In this document: positions 1 to 9,386 of the stretch, piece by piece
Layout of the letters: each line of letters opens with the position of its first letter
Position numbering within the stretch: the first letter of the stretch is position 1
IMG/VR virus record: IMGVR_UViG_3300042431_000999
Coordinates: 1-36,468 of that record
DNA from: a virus
Taxonomy: Duplodnaviria; Caudoviricetes
Reading direction: 5' to 3' (one strand)
Length of the DNA: 36,468 nt
Notes under the pieces: generated by a model
What the model was told of the DNA's origin: nothing
The model's input: the letters and a program-made list of their open reading frames with translations, nothing else
The model's database searches: none
Position numbers and translations under genes: made by a program

Positions 1-1317
1 AGTTGGAGAACCTACCCAGTTCAGTGGGTGGGAGATGTGCCCGTCAGGCCGAGGGCCATGCGCGGCGAGAGTCCGCAGATGAAGCAAAGGCGCAGGTCGG
101 AACTGCACGGGATGTTCCGGCAGTTCGTCTCGGACTACTGGCCCAGGTTGGTGGCGGAGCATTCAGATGGGTATGGTCCTTCCGATGCCTTGCACCCCCA
201 CCAGAGGTTATTCAACCACTATGGCGACATGCGTCTGCCGGACCAGTATTCGTCCCCCACCCTGGCGGAGATCCGCGCGGTGGACAACGGGGAGGAACTG
301 TACCGGGCGGCCTTGGCCAACCGGCGTGACCCTGCGCCCCGGATGATGCTGTCAGACCTGCTGGAAGAGTCCGGCAACAACAACGCCGCCAACTTCTTCC
401 GCAATACCCTGCCCCGTGGTGCTGACGGCCAGTTGCGGTATGCCAAGGGCGATTCCAAGAGTGCGTTCATGGGGATCAACATCCGCGACTCTGACGATGA
501 ACCCTTCACCGACTGGATCCTTGACGGCAAGAAGACTGTCGAGACTCGCGGGTCAAACAGCTTGCACCCTTACCTGGGGAGGCGTGTGGGCATCATCCGC
601 ACCCGCAAGAAGTACGACTCCGATGGCCGCCCGTTGGATTCCCAGGCGCATCTGGTGGGTTTCGCGACCATCCACCACGAACCTGTGGAATACAAGACCG
701 CAGAAGACTTCCGCGCCGACGAGGACCGGCATCAGGTTGCTGAGGGGTCAGATTACGACTGGAATGGTCACAAGTGGGGTTATGCGTTGAAGGGTGTCTC
801 ACGTCTGAAGACACCCCGTCCGGTGGGTAAGGGCGGAATCGTCGCCCGCAAACTGAACTACGAGAGGGCAGGTGTCATGCCGATCCGTTACAACCGCAAC
901 CCGTTTGAAGTTGTGGCTAAACCACGCAACGATGGACTCTTCCGCTCGATTGCCAACCGGGTGGGGGCGTTTTTCTCACCGATGAGCGCGGCCTTGCGTC
1001 AGGAGCGTGGCAACGCGGCGGCTGCACAAGCCTCCACCATGCTCCAATCCTCCGCGGCCGCACCACCGCAATCACCAACGCCCGGCATCACTGCTCCCGG
1101 TGGTGCTGATAACCCCGCAGTGGTGGACGCATTGTTCGCCCACCCATCGGTGCGTGAGCAGGTGCGCCGCAACAAGAACTACACCCAGCAGACCCGGTCC
1201 CGCAAGGTGGTTCCGCTGATGACGGCAGAACAGTCGGGCCAGCAGAACTCCTTCTGCTCCCAAGCAGGTCGTGACTTGGCAAGCTGCAAGGATGACGGAC
1301 GGCATGGACCGGCATGA
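1..1317 (+). CDS. 5'-truncated multidomain phage protein: TIGR02996-like domain + ASCH domain + low-complexity tail
   Basis: Frame is open from base 1. ELYRAALANRRDPAPRMMLSDLLEESG resembles the TIGR02996 consensus (FLxAIxxxPxDxxxRLVYADWLEExG). GINIRD..PFTDWILDGKKTVETRG is the ASCH GxKxxExR motif. Confidence 0.7.
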   Translation, partial: SWRTYPVQWVGDVPVRPRAMRGESPQMKQRRRSELHGMFRQFVSDYWPRLVAEHSDGYGPSDALHPHQRLFNHYGDMRLPDQYSSPTLAEIRAVDNGEELYRAALANRRDPAPRMMLSDLLEESGNNNAANFFRNTLPRGADGQLRYAKGDSKSAFMGINIRDSDDEPFTDWILDGKKTVETRGSNSLHPYLGRRVGIIRTRKKYDSDGRPLDSQAHLVGFATIHHEPVEYKTAEDFRADEDRHQVAEGSDYDWNGHKWGYALKGVSRLKTPRPVGKGGIVARKLNYERAGVMPIRYNRNPFEVVAKPRNDGLFRSIANRVGAFFSPMSAALRQERGNAAAAQASTMLQSSAAAPPQSPTPGITAPGGADNPAVVDALFAHPSVREQVRRNKNYTQQTRSRKVVPLMTAEQSGQQNSFCSQAGRDLASCKDDGRHGPA

Positions 1318-1319
1318 TG

Positions 1320-1679
1320 TCTTTACGAACGGTAGGACCGTAGGTCTGATCCGTTCGTGCGTACCCCCCATCCCAAATCCGGTTTTCACCGGAAGGGAGG
1401 GAGGGGTGCCGGTTGCATCCGACACCCCCAGGATTCATCCTGCTGCACCTGAGTGGAACCGTCCGGGGCAGGAGGACTCGTGTGTCCCCCACGGGTTCCG
1501 GCGGGTCTCCCCACCGCATTGCCCGGGGGCTTGGCCCCAACGGTTCCGTTTACCTCAGGCCCGGGGCGTTTTCTCGCACCCCGGCTTTCCGGCTGGCACA
1601 CCGACCTTACTCTCCCGGACCGGGGGGCTTAGCTTGCCCCTGCGCGGTTGCACCCGGTTACCTCGTCTCAGTGACCCGG
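1320..1679 (-). ncRNA. Candidate large structured non-coding RNA, family unknown
   Basis: Fills an intergenic gap with consecutive and nested helices (1325-1332/1351-1358, 1378-1393, 1403-1428, 1448-1453/1554-1559, 1455-1462/1540-1547). GAAA and GAGA tetraloops read on the minus strand, and a minus-strand promoter lies directly upstream. Confidence 0.55.
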
Positions 1680-1684
1680 TAACA

Positions 1685-1712
1685 ATCGTACCCAACAGCT
1701 GAATCCTGTCAA
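1685..1712 (-). promoter_or_regulatory. Sigma70-type promoter TTGACA-N16-TACGAT pointing into the structured region
   Basis: Reverse complement of 1707-1712 is TTGACA; reverse complement of 1685-1690 is TACGAT. Confidence 0.6.
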
Positions 1713-1733
1713 CAGGTGGTTGTCGGATGATTG

Positions 1734-1762
1734 TTGAAATAGGGCAGGGATACAGGTATATC
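1734..1762 (+). promoter_or_regulatory. Possible promoter TTGAAA-N17-TATATC for the 1794 gene
   Basis: Partial consensus match, divergent from the 1685-1712 promoter; GGAGA RBS before ATG 1794. Confidence 0.35.
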
Positions 1763-1793
1763 TGAACACAACTTAACCAGCATCGGAGATGCC

Positions 1794-3140
1794 ATGTTCC
1801 AGGAATACCGCCGCCGCGAGGGATTGACCGATGTGTCCACCCTGCTCCGGTTTGACAAAAACCAGCCTAGGATCCCCTCAAAGGCTGAACTGGACTCAAC
1901 GCCTGAACCGGTGACTGAGGCGGGCCAGAAGGCCAAGGAACAGGCTCAGGCAAGGGGTGGTTCAACGGGCTTGCCTGCGGGTGGTCCGGGTGGCAAGCCA
2001 GACCCGACTCAGGTCACGCCTGCCAATTTGGCAGCCGCCCCCGGCAAGGTGGTATCTGCCGCGGGCAAGATGGTGCCGGATGCGGTGAAAAAGGCTCAGG
2101 TTCCATCTTGGTTGCTGCCAGTTCCCCCGGGTTCAACGGTCGGGGATGTCTCGCGCGGGATGGTTGATGGCCTGAACCCCCTGCCTGTGGACACCTCCGA
2201 GGGTGCTACCGAGGGCGATCAGGCGGCCGCCATGGCGATGGGCATGATCCCGCTGCCGGGCCTGAAGCAATTAGGTTCAGCGTTCCGCCGTGGCAGCAAG
2301 GGGTTGGTAAACGCCACCGAATCTGCCGCGAGGGTGGCCGGAAAGAACCTTCCGACTCCACCAGTTTCCAGGGCACGACCACAGGGGGTGCTGGAGCAGG
2401 ACTTCGACGATGTTTTGGCCGGGAATCCTGCCCCGGCAGCACCCGCAGCGCCCGTTGCTCCGCCCAAGGAAGACTATGGTCCCCTGTTGGGCCTTGATTC
2501 ACCGATGGGCAACCCTTCCGACTATGCAAGGCCTTCAGGGTCTCCACCTGCTCCTCAAAAGGGCCTGATTGGCAGAGCTACGGACAAGCTGCTCGGTGAG
2601 GTGCCACAGGGTTACTATGATCCGAATGCTCAGCGTTGGGTTGACCAGCGTGGGGTCTTGCCAAAGATTGAGCGTTTCACCAGCATCCCTTCTCGGGTGG
2701 CGGGCCTTGGTACTGCCGCCGTGGCTGGAGCGGGAGCCGTGGCCGGTATTCCCACCGCCCTTAATTACCTCGCCCAGAAGCGAGATATGGATGCCCGAGA
2801 CAGGCCACCAGACCCGACCACTCCGGAGGGGAAGGCCGCTCAGGAGGAGTTCCGCAAGCGCCAGGAAGGTGAGCGGATGGAGGGCCCCAATGGTCGCGAG
2901 GCGGTCGGGGAGCGCAACCAGAAGCGAGTGCAGGATGGTGGCGGGCTGGCCCCAGAAAACAAGGAACTTGACAGGATTCTCCAGCGGTTTGAGGACCAGT
3001 CAATCAAGGAGGTTGGTGCCAACTACAACAAGGCATGGATGGACCGGGTGAAAGGCAAGATACGCGACAAGATGCCCCTCACGGCAAGGGAGCAGCAGGA
3101 CCTGAACAACATTATGCGATTCGCCGGGGAGGGCAAATGA
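1794..3140 (+). CDS. Pro/Gly/Ala-rich hypothetical protein, possibly internal virion/ejected protein
   Basis: 448-aa ORF with RBS and a hydrophobic GLGTAAVAGAGAVAGIP segment. ATGA overlap with the next gene; lies upstream of the head protease. Confidence 0.7.
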   Translation: MFQEYRRREGLTDVSTLLRFDKNQPRIPSKAELDSTPEPVTEAGQKAKEQAQARGGSTGLPAGGPGGKPDPTQVTPANLAAAPGKVVSAAGKMVPDAVKKAQVPSWLLPVPPGSTVGDVSRGMVDGLNPLPVDTSEGATEGDQAAAMAMGMIPLPGLKQLGSAFRRGSKGLVNATESAARVAGKNLPTPPVSRARPQGVLEQDFDDVLAGNPAPAAPAAPVAPPKEDYGPLLGLDSPMGNPSDYARPSGSPPAPQKGLIGRATDKLLGEVPQGYYDPNAQRWVDQRGVLPKIERFTSIPSRVAGLGTAAVAGAGAVAGIPTALNYLAQKRDMDARDRPPDPTTPEGKAAQEEFRKRQEGERMEGPNGREAVGERNQKRVQDGGGLAPENKELDRILQRFEDQSIKEVGANYNKAWMDRVKGKIRDKMPLTAREQQDLNNIMRFAGEGK

Positions 3141-6073
3141 CCATGAGCAGACTGATTCGCTACCAGATCAACCCGGGTGTCAAGCTCCCGGAGATTCCCC
3201 GCAAGGATGATCCGCCTGCCCCGAAGAATCCGCTGAAACCCAAGGATGAGGTCGGGCCGTTCTTGGACGGCAACTGGCCACGCCAGTTCCCAGGGCCGGA
3301 TTCCAAGCTGCCCAAGCCTGTAATACCACCACGCCAAAAGGAACCTGACGGAGGCCGCGCCGTTCAGGTTGAGAAGAACGCCCCCGAGGAGCGCAAGGCG
3401 GCTCCCGGCCGTAAACCGATGGAACCACCGCCCCGTGGTGTGCCCCCTCAAATGCCTGGAATGCCCCGCGTGGCCCCAGCCAGACCGATCCCGGCCCCCA
3501 ATAACCAGCCCCCCGGGCGTGGTGCCGCCCCTGCTCAACAGGGTCCGCAGGCTCAGCAGGCTGGCCCGAACGGCTGGAAAGAGGGCAAGGCGATTGACAT
3601 GGAGGGGGACGACTTCCTCGATGTTGGCAAGATTGCTGGCTTGTATGACAGGCGGGTCGGTGAGTTTGACCAGCAGGATGAGGCCACTGCCGTCGAGCGG
3701 GGTGCCGACAAGGGCACCTTGGCTGTACTGAAGGGTTCCGATGCCCAGCGTGCTGCCCGCACCGGCCCCAACGGTGAGGCATTCACCGATGACATGCTCC
3801 GGGCTGTCGATGGGTGGGCTCAAAACATCTACAAGGGGCGCAACCGCAACCCTCTGGAGGTCAAGACCGCCCAGGAACTGCACAAGGTGTACAACGCCGT
3901 CCAGGGAATTAACTCCCGGCTGGCCGACCCGAACCTTCCTCCGGACCAGCGCAAGACCCTGGAGAACAACCTGAGTGGCTTACGCGGGACCATGCGGTCC
4001 TATGTGCATTACGCCACCCACAACTTCATCGTCCGACCCGGTTACGCCCGCTATGGGCAGGATGGATCCCTGGAGTTCAAGAACCCTCAGGGCGGGTTTT
4101 CCCGACTTCCGCAGGGGCAGGACGCAGCGTGGTTTGCCGACCAGAAAAAGGCCTATGGGTGGCAGGCAGGGGAGCAGTTCGTCCCCCGCCAACCGCAGAT
4201 GCCGAAGGTTCCCAAGCGTGATGGCGCGGCGTGGCAGGACGATAATGGCAACCCGATTGACCAGAAGAATCCGGCCAAAATCGCTCAAGATGTGATCGGC
4301 CAGCGCAAGGCCGCCCTGGGTGATGATGGCCCGGTGCTGGGGAACAATGGCCGCCCCATCATCGGGGCATTGCCACCGGTGCAAATGCGCCCGGGTGACA
4401 ACGGAGCGGGTGGTGGTGTACGCAACATGCCGCCCAAGATTGACCCCAGGCAGCGTGGCGGGATTCTCCCCAACGCCGACATCGACCGGGAAGAGGCCCG
4501 GCTGAAGCTGGACATCTGGGAACGGGAGCAGGCCAAGAAGCGCCAGGGGAAGATCCCCCCGGGCATGAAGGTGCCCGACCCGAACCAGCCCCGGGACCCC
4601 GCCCAACTGACTCCACGGCAGATGCAGATCATCGGTGCCGCCGACATGGGTGGCCGGATGCCTCCAGGGGTGACCCCCGAGGAGATCGCGGAGGCACGCA
4701 AGGCCCGGGACCGCGCCAACTGGCAGAACGCCCAGCCCGGCAAGGTCCGGGAAAAGCCCAAGGACCCCCTGGCACCCCCGGCCAACGAGGCCCCGAACCG
4801 CCAGAAAAACGACCCGCTGAATGACCCGAACGCGGGCCGCCAGCGCATTGAGAAGGCCGAGGCCAAGAACCTGGTGGATGCCATCCAGGGTGGCGAGGCC
4901 AAGTGGCACCGCAACCAGATCGGGGAGCCGTGGCTCCAATGGACCGACCCGGCGACAGGCCGGACCCAGTCCATGTCCCCCGGGCGGGTGAAGCAGTGGC
5001 TCCAGGACCACCCGGAACTGGGTGCCAGGATCAAGATCCCGACCAACACCAAGGAACTGAACCAGATCCTCCAGGAGCAGGAGGCCCGGGAAAAGCCGAA
5101 GGACCGGCCCGCCAGCGCCCCCGCACCTGCCCAGCAGCCCGCAGCGCCCGCGGCCAAGGCGGGTCAGTGGAAGCAGTACGACTACGGAGGCAACAACAAG
5201 GGCTGGATGTATGTCCTGCCCGACGGTTCGGGCATCTCCGAGTCCGAGGCCGCCAAGCGGGGCATCCAGCGACCCCCCTCCAAGGGCGAGGTGCAGCTTT
5301 CCCGCCGGGGAAAACCCCTGCAGTTCAGCCAGGGGGCCATCCGGCAGGCCGCCCAGGGCCTTTCCGGGGCCAATGTGTCCAAGGGTTCGATGGATGTGAT
5401 GACCCGCTACCTGTCAGACCTCGCGGAACACGACCCGGACCGGTTGGGCAAGATGCTGACCACCAACAAGGTTCCCGAACGAGACCAGCACTACAAGTGG
5501 CTCGACAGCCTGGGGGAAGGCAGCGTTGACTTCCTGAAATACTTGGCGGGAGGCCGACCAGCAGTGGGTGGACCTGCGACCGGCAGCACTATGCCACCGG
5601 CTATCAGCAAGCTTTCCAAGTCTATCCTGACCAATCCAATGGCCTATCGTCGCAATCTGCGTGACCTGCACCATGAACTGATTGAGGCGGGCATGTACCA
5701 GCCGGGGACCCGCCCCATGTGGCCTGACCGTGAGCGCCTGATGGAGGTGGCGGGCAAGCTAAAGCATATGGGAAGGCACGGGGAGATGGATCAGTACCTT
5801 CAGGCTGTCCAGAAGGGGCAACCCATGGTGGACCTGGAGGAGCAATCCAGCCCGCAGGTGGCACCACCTCCCCAGCAGGCTGAAGAACCCGCCGAGCCCT
5901 GCCACAACTGCTCGGGTGGCCTCAAGGAGCAGGTGGAGCGACTACAGGCGAGGGGCATCAAGCTGGCCATCCCCAAGGAGATGGACTGCAAGCCTTCAGC
6001 CAACCGATTGACCCCCACAATTCAGCCGATTCGGCCCATGGGACCTGCTCAGGTTCCGCTTATCGATGATTAG
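3137..6073 (+). CDS. Large Pro/Gln-rich hypothetical protein, possibly internal virion/ejected protein
   Basis: ~980-aa ORF; start chosen at the ATGA overlap (MTMSRLIRYQ). No recognised catalytic motif. Confidence 0.7.
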   Translation: MTMSRLIRYQINPGVKLPEIPRKDDPPAPKNPLKPKDEVGPFLDGNWPRQFPGPDSKLPKPVIPPRQKEPDGGRAVQVEKNAPEERKAAPGRKPMEPPPRGVPPQMPGMPRVAPARPIPAPNNQPPGRGAAPAQQGPQAQQAGPNGWKEGKAIDMEGDDFLDVGKIAGLYDRRVGEFDQQDEATAVERGADKGTLAVLKGSDAQRAARTGPNGEAFTDDMLRAVDGWAQNIYKGRNRNPLEVKTAQELHKVYNAVQGINSRLADPNLPPDQRKTLENNLSGLRGTMRSYVHYATHNFIVRPGYARYGQDGSLEFKNPQGGFSRLPQGQDAAWFADQKKAYGWQAGEQFVPRQPQMPKVPKRDGAAWQDDNGNPIDQKNPAKIAQDVIGQRKAALGDDGPVLGNNGRPIIGALPPVQMRPGDNGAGGGVRNMPPKIDPRQRGGILPNADIDREEARLKLDIWEREQAKKRQGKIPPGMKVPDPNQPRDPAQLTPRQMQIIGAADMGGRMPPGVTPEEIAEARKARDRANWQNAQPGKVREKPKDPLAPPANEAPNRQKNDPLNDPNAGRQRIEKAEAKNLVDAIQGGEAKWHRNQIGEPWLQWTDPATGRTQSMSPGRVKQWLQDHPELGARIKIPTNTKELNQILQEQEAREKPKDRPASAPAPAQQPAAPAAKAGQWKQYDYGGNNKGWMYVLPDGSGISESEAAKRGIQRPPSKGEVQLSRRGKPLQFSQGAIRQAAQGLSGANVSKGSMDVMTRYLSDLAEHDPDRLGKMLTTNKVPERDQHYKWLDSLGEGSVDFLKYLAGGRPAVGGPATGSTMPPAISKLSKSILTNPMAYRRNLRDLHHELIEAGMYQPGTRPMWPDRERLMEVAGKLKHMGRHGEMDQYLQAVQKGQPMVDLEEQSSPQVAPPPQQAEEPAEPCHNCSGGLKEQVERLQARGIKLAIPKEMDCKPSANRLTPTIQPIRPMGPAQVPLIDD

Positions 6074-6142
6074 CCAGATATAGCATCAGGCTTACTGGCA
6101 GACACGCTATGTAAACCTGTAAATACCTGCTTGCGTACCAAT

Positions 6143-6183
6143 ATCACCCGGCGTTTGACTTACGCCGGGTGATTCTGTTTATT
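6143..6183 (+). terminator. Rho-independent terminator
   Basis: Perfect 12-bp stem ATCACCCGGCGT/ACGCCGGGTGAT followed by TCTGTTTATT. Confidence 0.7.
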
Positions 6184-6253
6184 GCCAACTGTTGTACCCG
6201 TATAGTCGGTCACTTTCGTACCGGCTTACTGATATCAACAGGTGGGCAACTCA

Positions 6254-7501
6254 ATGACGACCGTCAAGGGAATACTGCCGCCCGGTGAGTATGTCACCCG
6301 TGAGGATGTCTTCGTCCTTGACCCCCACACTCTGCGAACTGAGGCGGGCGAGAAGATTCTCGATGTGACGGAGCGGATGCTCCAGAAGATCGCCTCCAAC
6401 CAAAACAAGCGAACAACTGACACGGGTGACGCAACTCCCCTGGTGATCGGCCATACCCGTGACGGCGAGGACGAGCAGTCCCAGCCCGAGGTGGTCGGTT
6501 ACGCCACCGGCTGGAAGGTCAAGAAGTTCTTCAAGACCGGCAAGCACGCCCTTTGCGCGACTTTCCACATCTTCAAGCGTTCAGTGGACAAGGTTCGCCA
6601 GTACCCACGCCGTTCGGTGGAACTGTGGGTGAACTCACTCACTATCGACCCGATTTCGCTGCTGGGTGCGACTACCCCCCAGCGTGACCTGGGACTTCTC
6701 AAGCTCTCGAAGGACGGGAGCGGGAGCAAGATCGTTGCCTCAATGGATGACTCAGGAGAACTGACCGTGGATGAAAACACACAACAGATCGTCGACGCGG
6801 TGCTGGAGGCGATCAAAAGCACCGATGTCTGGCGGTTCATGGAAAACCAGATGAAGGAGCAGGGTGCCGAAGCGGAATCCGCTGGCGGTGCCGGTGATGA
6901 TTCGCCCTTGGGCGGCGGCGCTCCTCCCGGTGGCGAGTACGACCCTTCCGGCGAGGCCGGAATGATGGACGCGCTTGCTGGCGGTGACGCTGGTGGCGTT
7001 CCTGGCCCTGATGACGAGGCCATGCAAATGTCGGCTGCCGGGGCACCCGGTGGTGGCAACACCTTCCCGCCCGGCATGGGTGGCATGGGTGGGGAGGAAG
7101 AGTACCCCAAGAAGTTCAGCAAGATCTCCTTCCAGCGGATCGCCCGCGAGAACCAGGAGATGAAGTCCACCCTCAACGGTCTGGTTCTTCGTTACCGGAG
7201 AGCGGAGCGCGAGAAGCAACTCATGGCCTTGGAGCATGAGGGTTACATGCTTGACCAAGCCGAGGAGATCGCCTTGTGCGAGACCCTCAATGACCAACAG
7301 TTCAACGCCCACCTGCAACGGGTGCGTTTGCGATACCAAAAGGCCCCAGTTGGCCAACTCCCGTACCTGGAGCATTCCGCCCAGGTGAACCGTGGACGCT
7401 CCCCGAACGATGTCCGTTCGGTCGTCGACACGGCGATCCAGATGGGTATCTCCTACGAGGAAGCCCTCAATCGTTCCAGTTCCGCCCGCACCACCTACTA
7501 A
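6254..7501 (+). CDS. Mu gpI-like prohead protease/scaffold protein
   Basis: PLVIGH...VVGY...YPRRSVEL...ISLLGATTP protease-like N-domain, acidic Gly-rich linker, coiled-coil scaffold C-terminus; lies before the capsid genes. Confidence 0.75.
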   Translation: MTTVKGILPPGEYVTREDVFVLDPHTLRTEAGEKILDVTERMLQKIASNQNKRTTDTGDATPLVIGHTRDGEDEQSQPEVVGYATGWKVKKFFKTGKHALCATFHIFKRSVDKVRQYPRRSVELWVNSLTIDPISLLGATTPQRDLGLLKLSKDGSGSKIVASMDDSGELTVDENTQQIVDAVLEAIKSTDVWRFMENQMKEQGAEAESAGGAGDDSPLGGGAPPGGEYDPSGEAGMMDALAGGDAGGVPGPDDEAMQMSAAGAPGGGNTFPPGMGGMGGEEEYPKKFSKISFQRIARENQEMKSTLNGLVLRYRRAEREKQLMALEHEGYMLDQAEEIALCETLNDQQFNAHLQRVRLRYQKAPVGQLPYLEHSAQVNRGRSPNDVRSVVDTAIQMGISYEEALNRSSSARTTY

Positions 7502-7516
7502 GGAGGGTTTATACCC

Positions 7517-8239
7517 ATGCCTCTGAACAATCCCGCATTTCGCGCCGCCGGAAAGATCTACCCGAGCCGGTTCGTCACGATCGATGGTGGCACAATCGCT
7601 GACTTCACCGTCCTGCAAGCCAATGGCGGGGGTTCCCCGCTGATTGGTATCTGCCAAGACGGCAGCAAGTTGGTTCCAGGCGTTCAGGCCCGGACCACCG
7701 CTGACCTGTACGCCGCCGATGTCAATGACCCCATTCAGGTCTACGGCGAGACCGATGTTTGCTTGGTCTGGAACGGCAACGCCGACATCAAGGCCGGTGA
7801 CCTGCTGACCGCTGACGCTGAAGGACGCGCCGTCAAGGCCGCCGATGGCGACTGGGTTGGAGCGATTGCCCTCGAGCATTGCAAAGCTTCCAACGCGGTC
7901 TACGGCAACCTCTGCCGGGTGCAGGTCAAATTCCTGAAGGGTGGAGGTGTCGCCGCTCCCGGAGTTGCCGGCGCCCCGACCGTCACCTTGGTGAATCCAT
8001 CCGAGGTTTTCGCCAACAGCGGCGTGAAGGCCATCCAGATCCTGGGCACCAACTTCACCGCTGACGGCGATGTGCTGGTCGATGGCGAGTCAATGGCCGC
8101 CAAGGGCGAGTACCAGTTCGTCGGTGCCACCGAAGTCCGCTTCGGTCTGGACACCAGCACCCTGACCTCCGGCGTTTTTGTTGCCGTCACCCTCAAGGCG
8201 GCCGGTGGCGAAGCCCCCTGCCAAGTCCAAGTCAAGTAA
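7517..8239 (+). CDS. Capsid cement/decoration protein (DUF2190-like) with C-terminal IPT/TIG Ig-like domain
   Basis: IKAGDLLTADAEGRAV...VGAIALE motif; C-terminal APTVTLVNPS...IQILGTNF; AAGGAG RBS. Confidence 0.75.
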   Translation: MPLNNPAFRAAGKIYPSRFVTIDGGTIADFTVLQANGGGSPLIGICQDGSKLVPGVQARTTADLYAADVNDPIQVYGETDVCLVWNGNADIKAGDLLTADAEGRAVKAADGDWVGAIALEHCKASNAVYGNLCRVQVKFLKGGGVAAPGVAGAPTVTLVNPSEVFANSGVKAIQILGTNFTADGDVLVDGESMAAKGEYQFVGATEVRFGLDTSTLTSGVFVAVTLKAAGGEAPCQVQVK

Positions 8240-8264
8240 CCCAACCCATTAAGGAGTCTGACCC

Positions 8265-9380
8265 ATGCCAAGCGCTTTTCCATCCGGCAGTAACACCTTT
8301 GTCCCGTCATTTGATGCGACAGGGGAACTGACTGTCGGCTTCGCAAAGAACAGTCGCGACTTTGCGATCAACAAGTACATCAGCGTGACGAATGTCAAGA
8401 AGACCGCTGGTTACTACTTGCAATTAAACACCGAGGCTGCGGCCCGTGTGACTGACCAACTGATCAACAGTGCAACATGGCACGATGGTCAGGATGCCCC
8501 GAGCGGTGAATGGGAACGCGAAGCATTCGAGTTCCGCCAGTACGCCACCCAACGCTACGCGTTCCCGTTCCGCATCGGCTACCGCGCTGCGGACCAGGCA
8601 GACTGGAAGATCGTCGCCAGCCACGCCGCAATGGCGGCCCAGCGCGCGATGACCAGCCGGGCCAGCCGGGTGGTTGATGTGTTGCAGGCTCCCGGGGCTT
8701 TCCCGGTCGGCAATGACATCACCTGCACTGCTAACCAGTCCCCCGAAGGTCAGACCCCCAGTCTGTTCCTCAACGGTGGTGACTCCGGTGACCTGAACCA
8801 AGGTACATCAAAAGGCCCAGCCCTGAAGCGTGCCCTGAACTGGGCCGCCCGCAAGGTGTTGCAGAACACCATGGGCGTGGTCAAGAAGGACGACCTGTCC
8901 ATCGTGATCAACCCGAACGTGGCTGATGCGTTGTCTCGCTCGAAAGAGTTGCACACTTACCTGAAGGAGTCGCCAACCGCGCTTGCTCAGGTGCGTGGTG
9001 ACAGCGAGAGCATCAACGGTGAGTATGGTCTTCCCGACAAGGTCTACGGGTACAAGATCATCATCGAGGACACCGTCAAGGTGTCTCAGAAGAAGCGGAC
9101 CGGTCGCAACCAAGTGATCGACCCGTTGAACGTCCCGACCGAGGAGGGATTCATCCTCGGTGACAACCTGCTGATGCTTGCCCGCCCAGGCAAGCTCTCG
9201 GCAATCGAGGGACAGCAGAGTTTCTCCACCTGCCATATCTTCGCATATGAAGAGATGACCGTGGAGCAGAGGGACGACCCCGACAACCGCAGGATCTCCG
9301 GTCGCGTGGTCGAGGACTACGATGTCCAGATCATCGCCCCTGTGACGGGTTTTATCTTCCGCAACTGCATTGGAGGCTAA
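8265..9380 (+). CDS. Major capsid protein (HK97 fold, inferred)
   Basis: 371 aa, strong AAGGAG RBS, canonical position after protease and cement and before the connector. Confidence 0.75.
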   Translation: MPSAFPSGSNTFVPSFDATGELTVGFAKNSRDFAINKYISVTNVKKTAGYYLQLNTEAAARVTDQLINSATWHDGQDAPSGEWEREAFEFRQYATQRYAFPFRIGYRAADQADWKIVASHAAMAAQRAMTSRASRVVDVLQAPGAFPVGNDITCTANQSPEGQTPSLFLNGGDSGDLNQGTSKGPALKRALNWAARKVLQNTMGVVKKDDLSIVINPNVADALSRSKELHTYLKESPTALAQVRGDSESINGEYGLPDKVYGYKIIIEDTVKVSQKKRTGRNQVIDPLNVPTEEGFILGDNLLMLARPGKLSAIEGQQSFSTCHIFAYEEMTVEQRDDPDNRRISGRVVEDYDVQIIAPVTGFIFRNCIGG

Positions 9381-9386
9381 CCCGCA

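Noticed and set aside
1320-1680. RNase P RNA, tmRNA, group I/II intron, or the 143-aa ORF 1271-1702
   Set aside because: I could not find the hallmark sequences (GAGGAAAGUCC, tRNA-like ends, domain V, P7 pair). The ORFs lack an RBS and have atypical composition.
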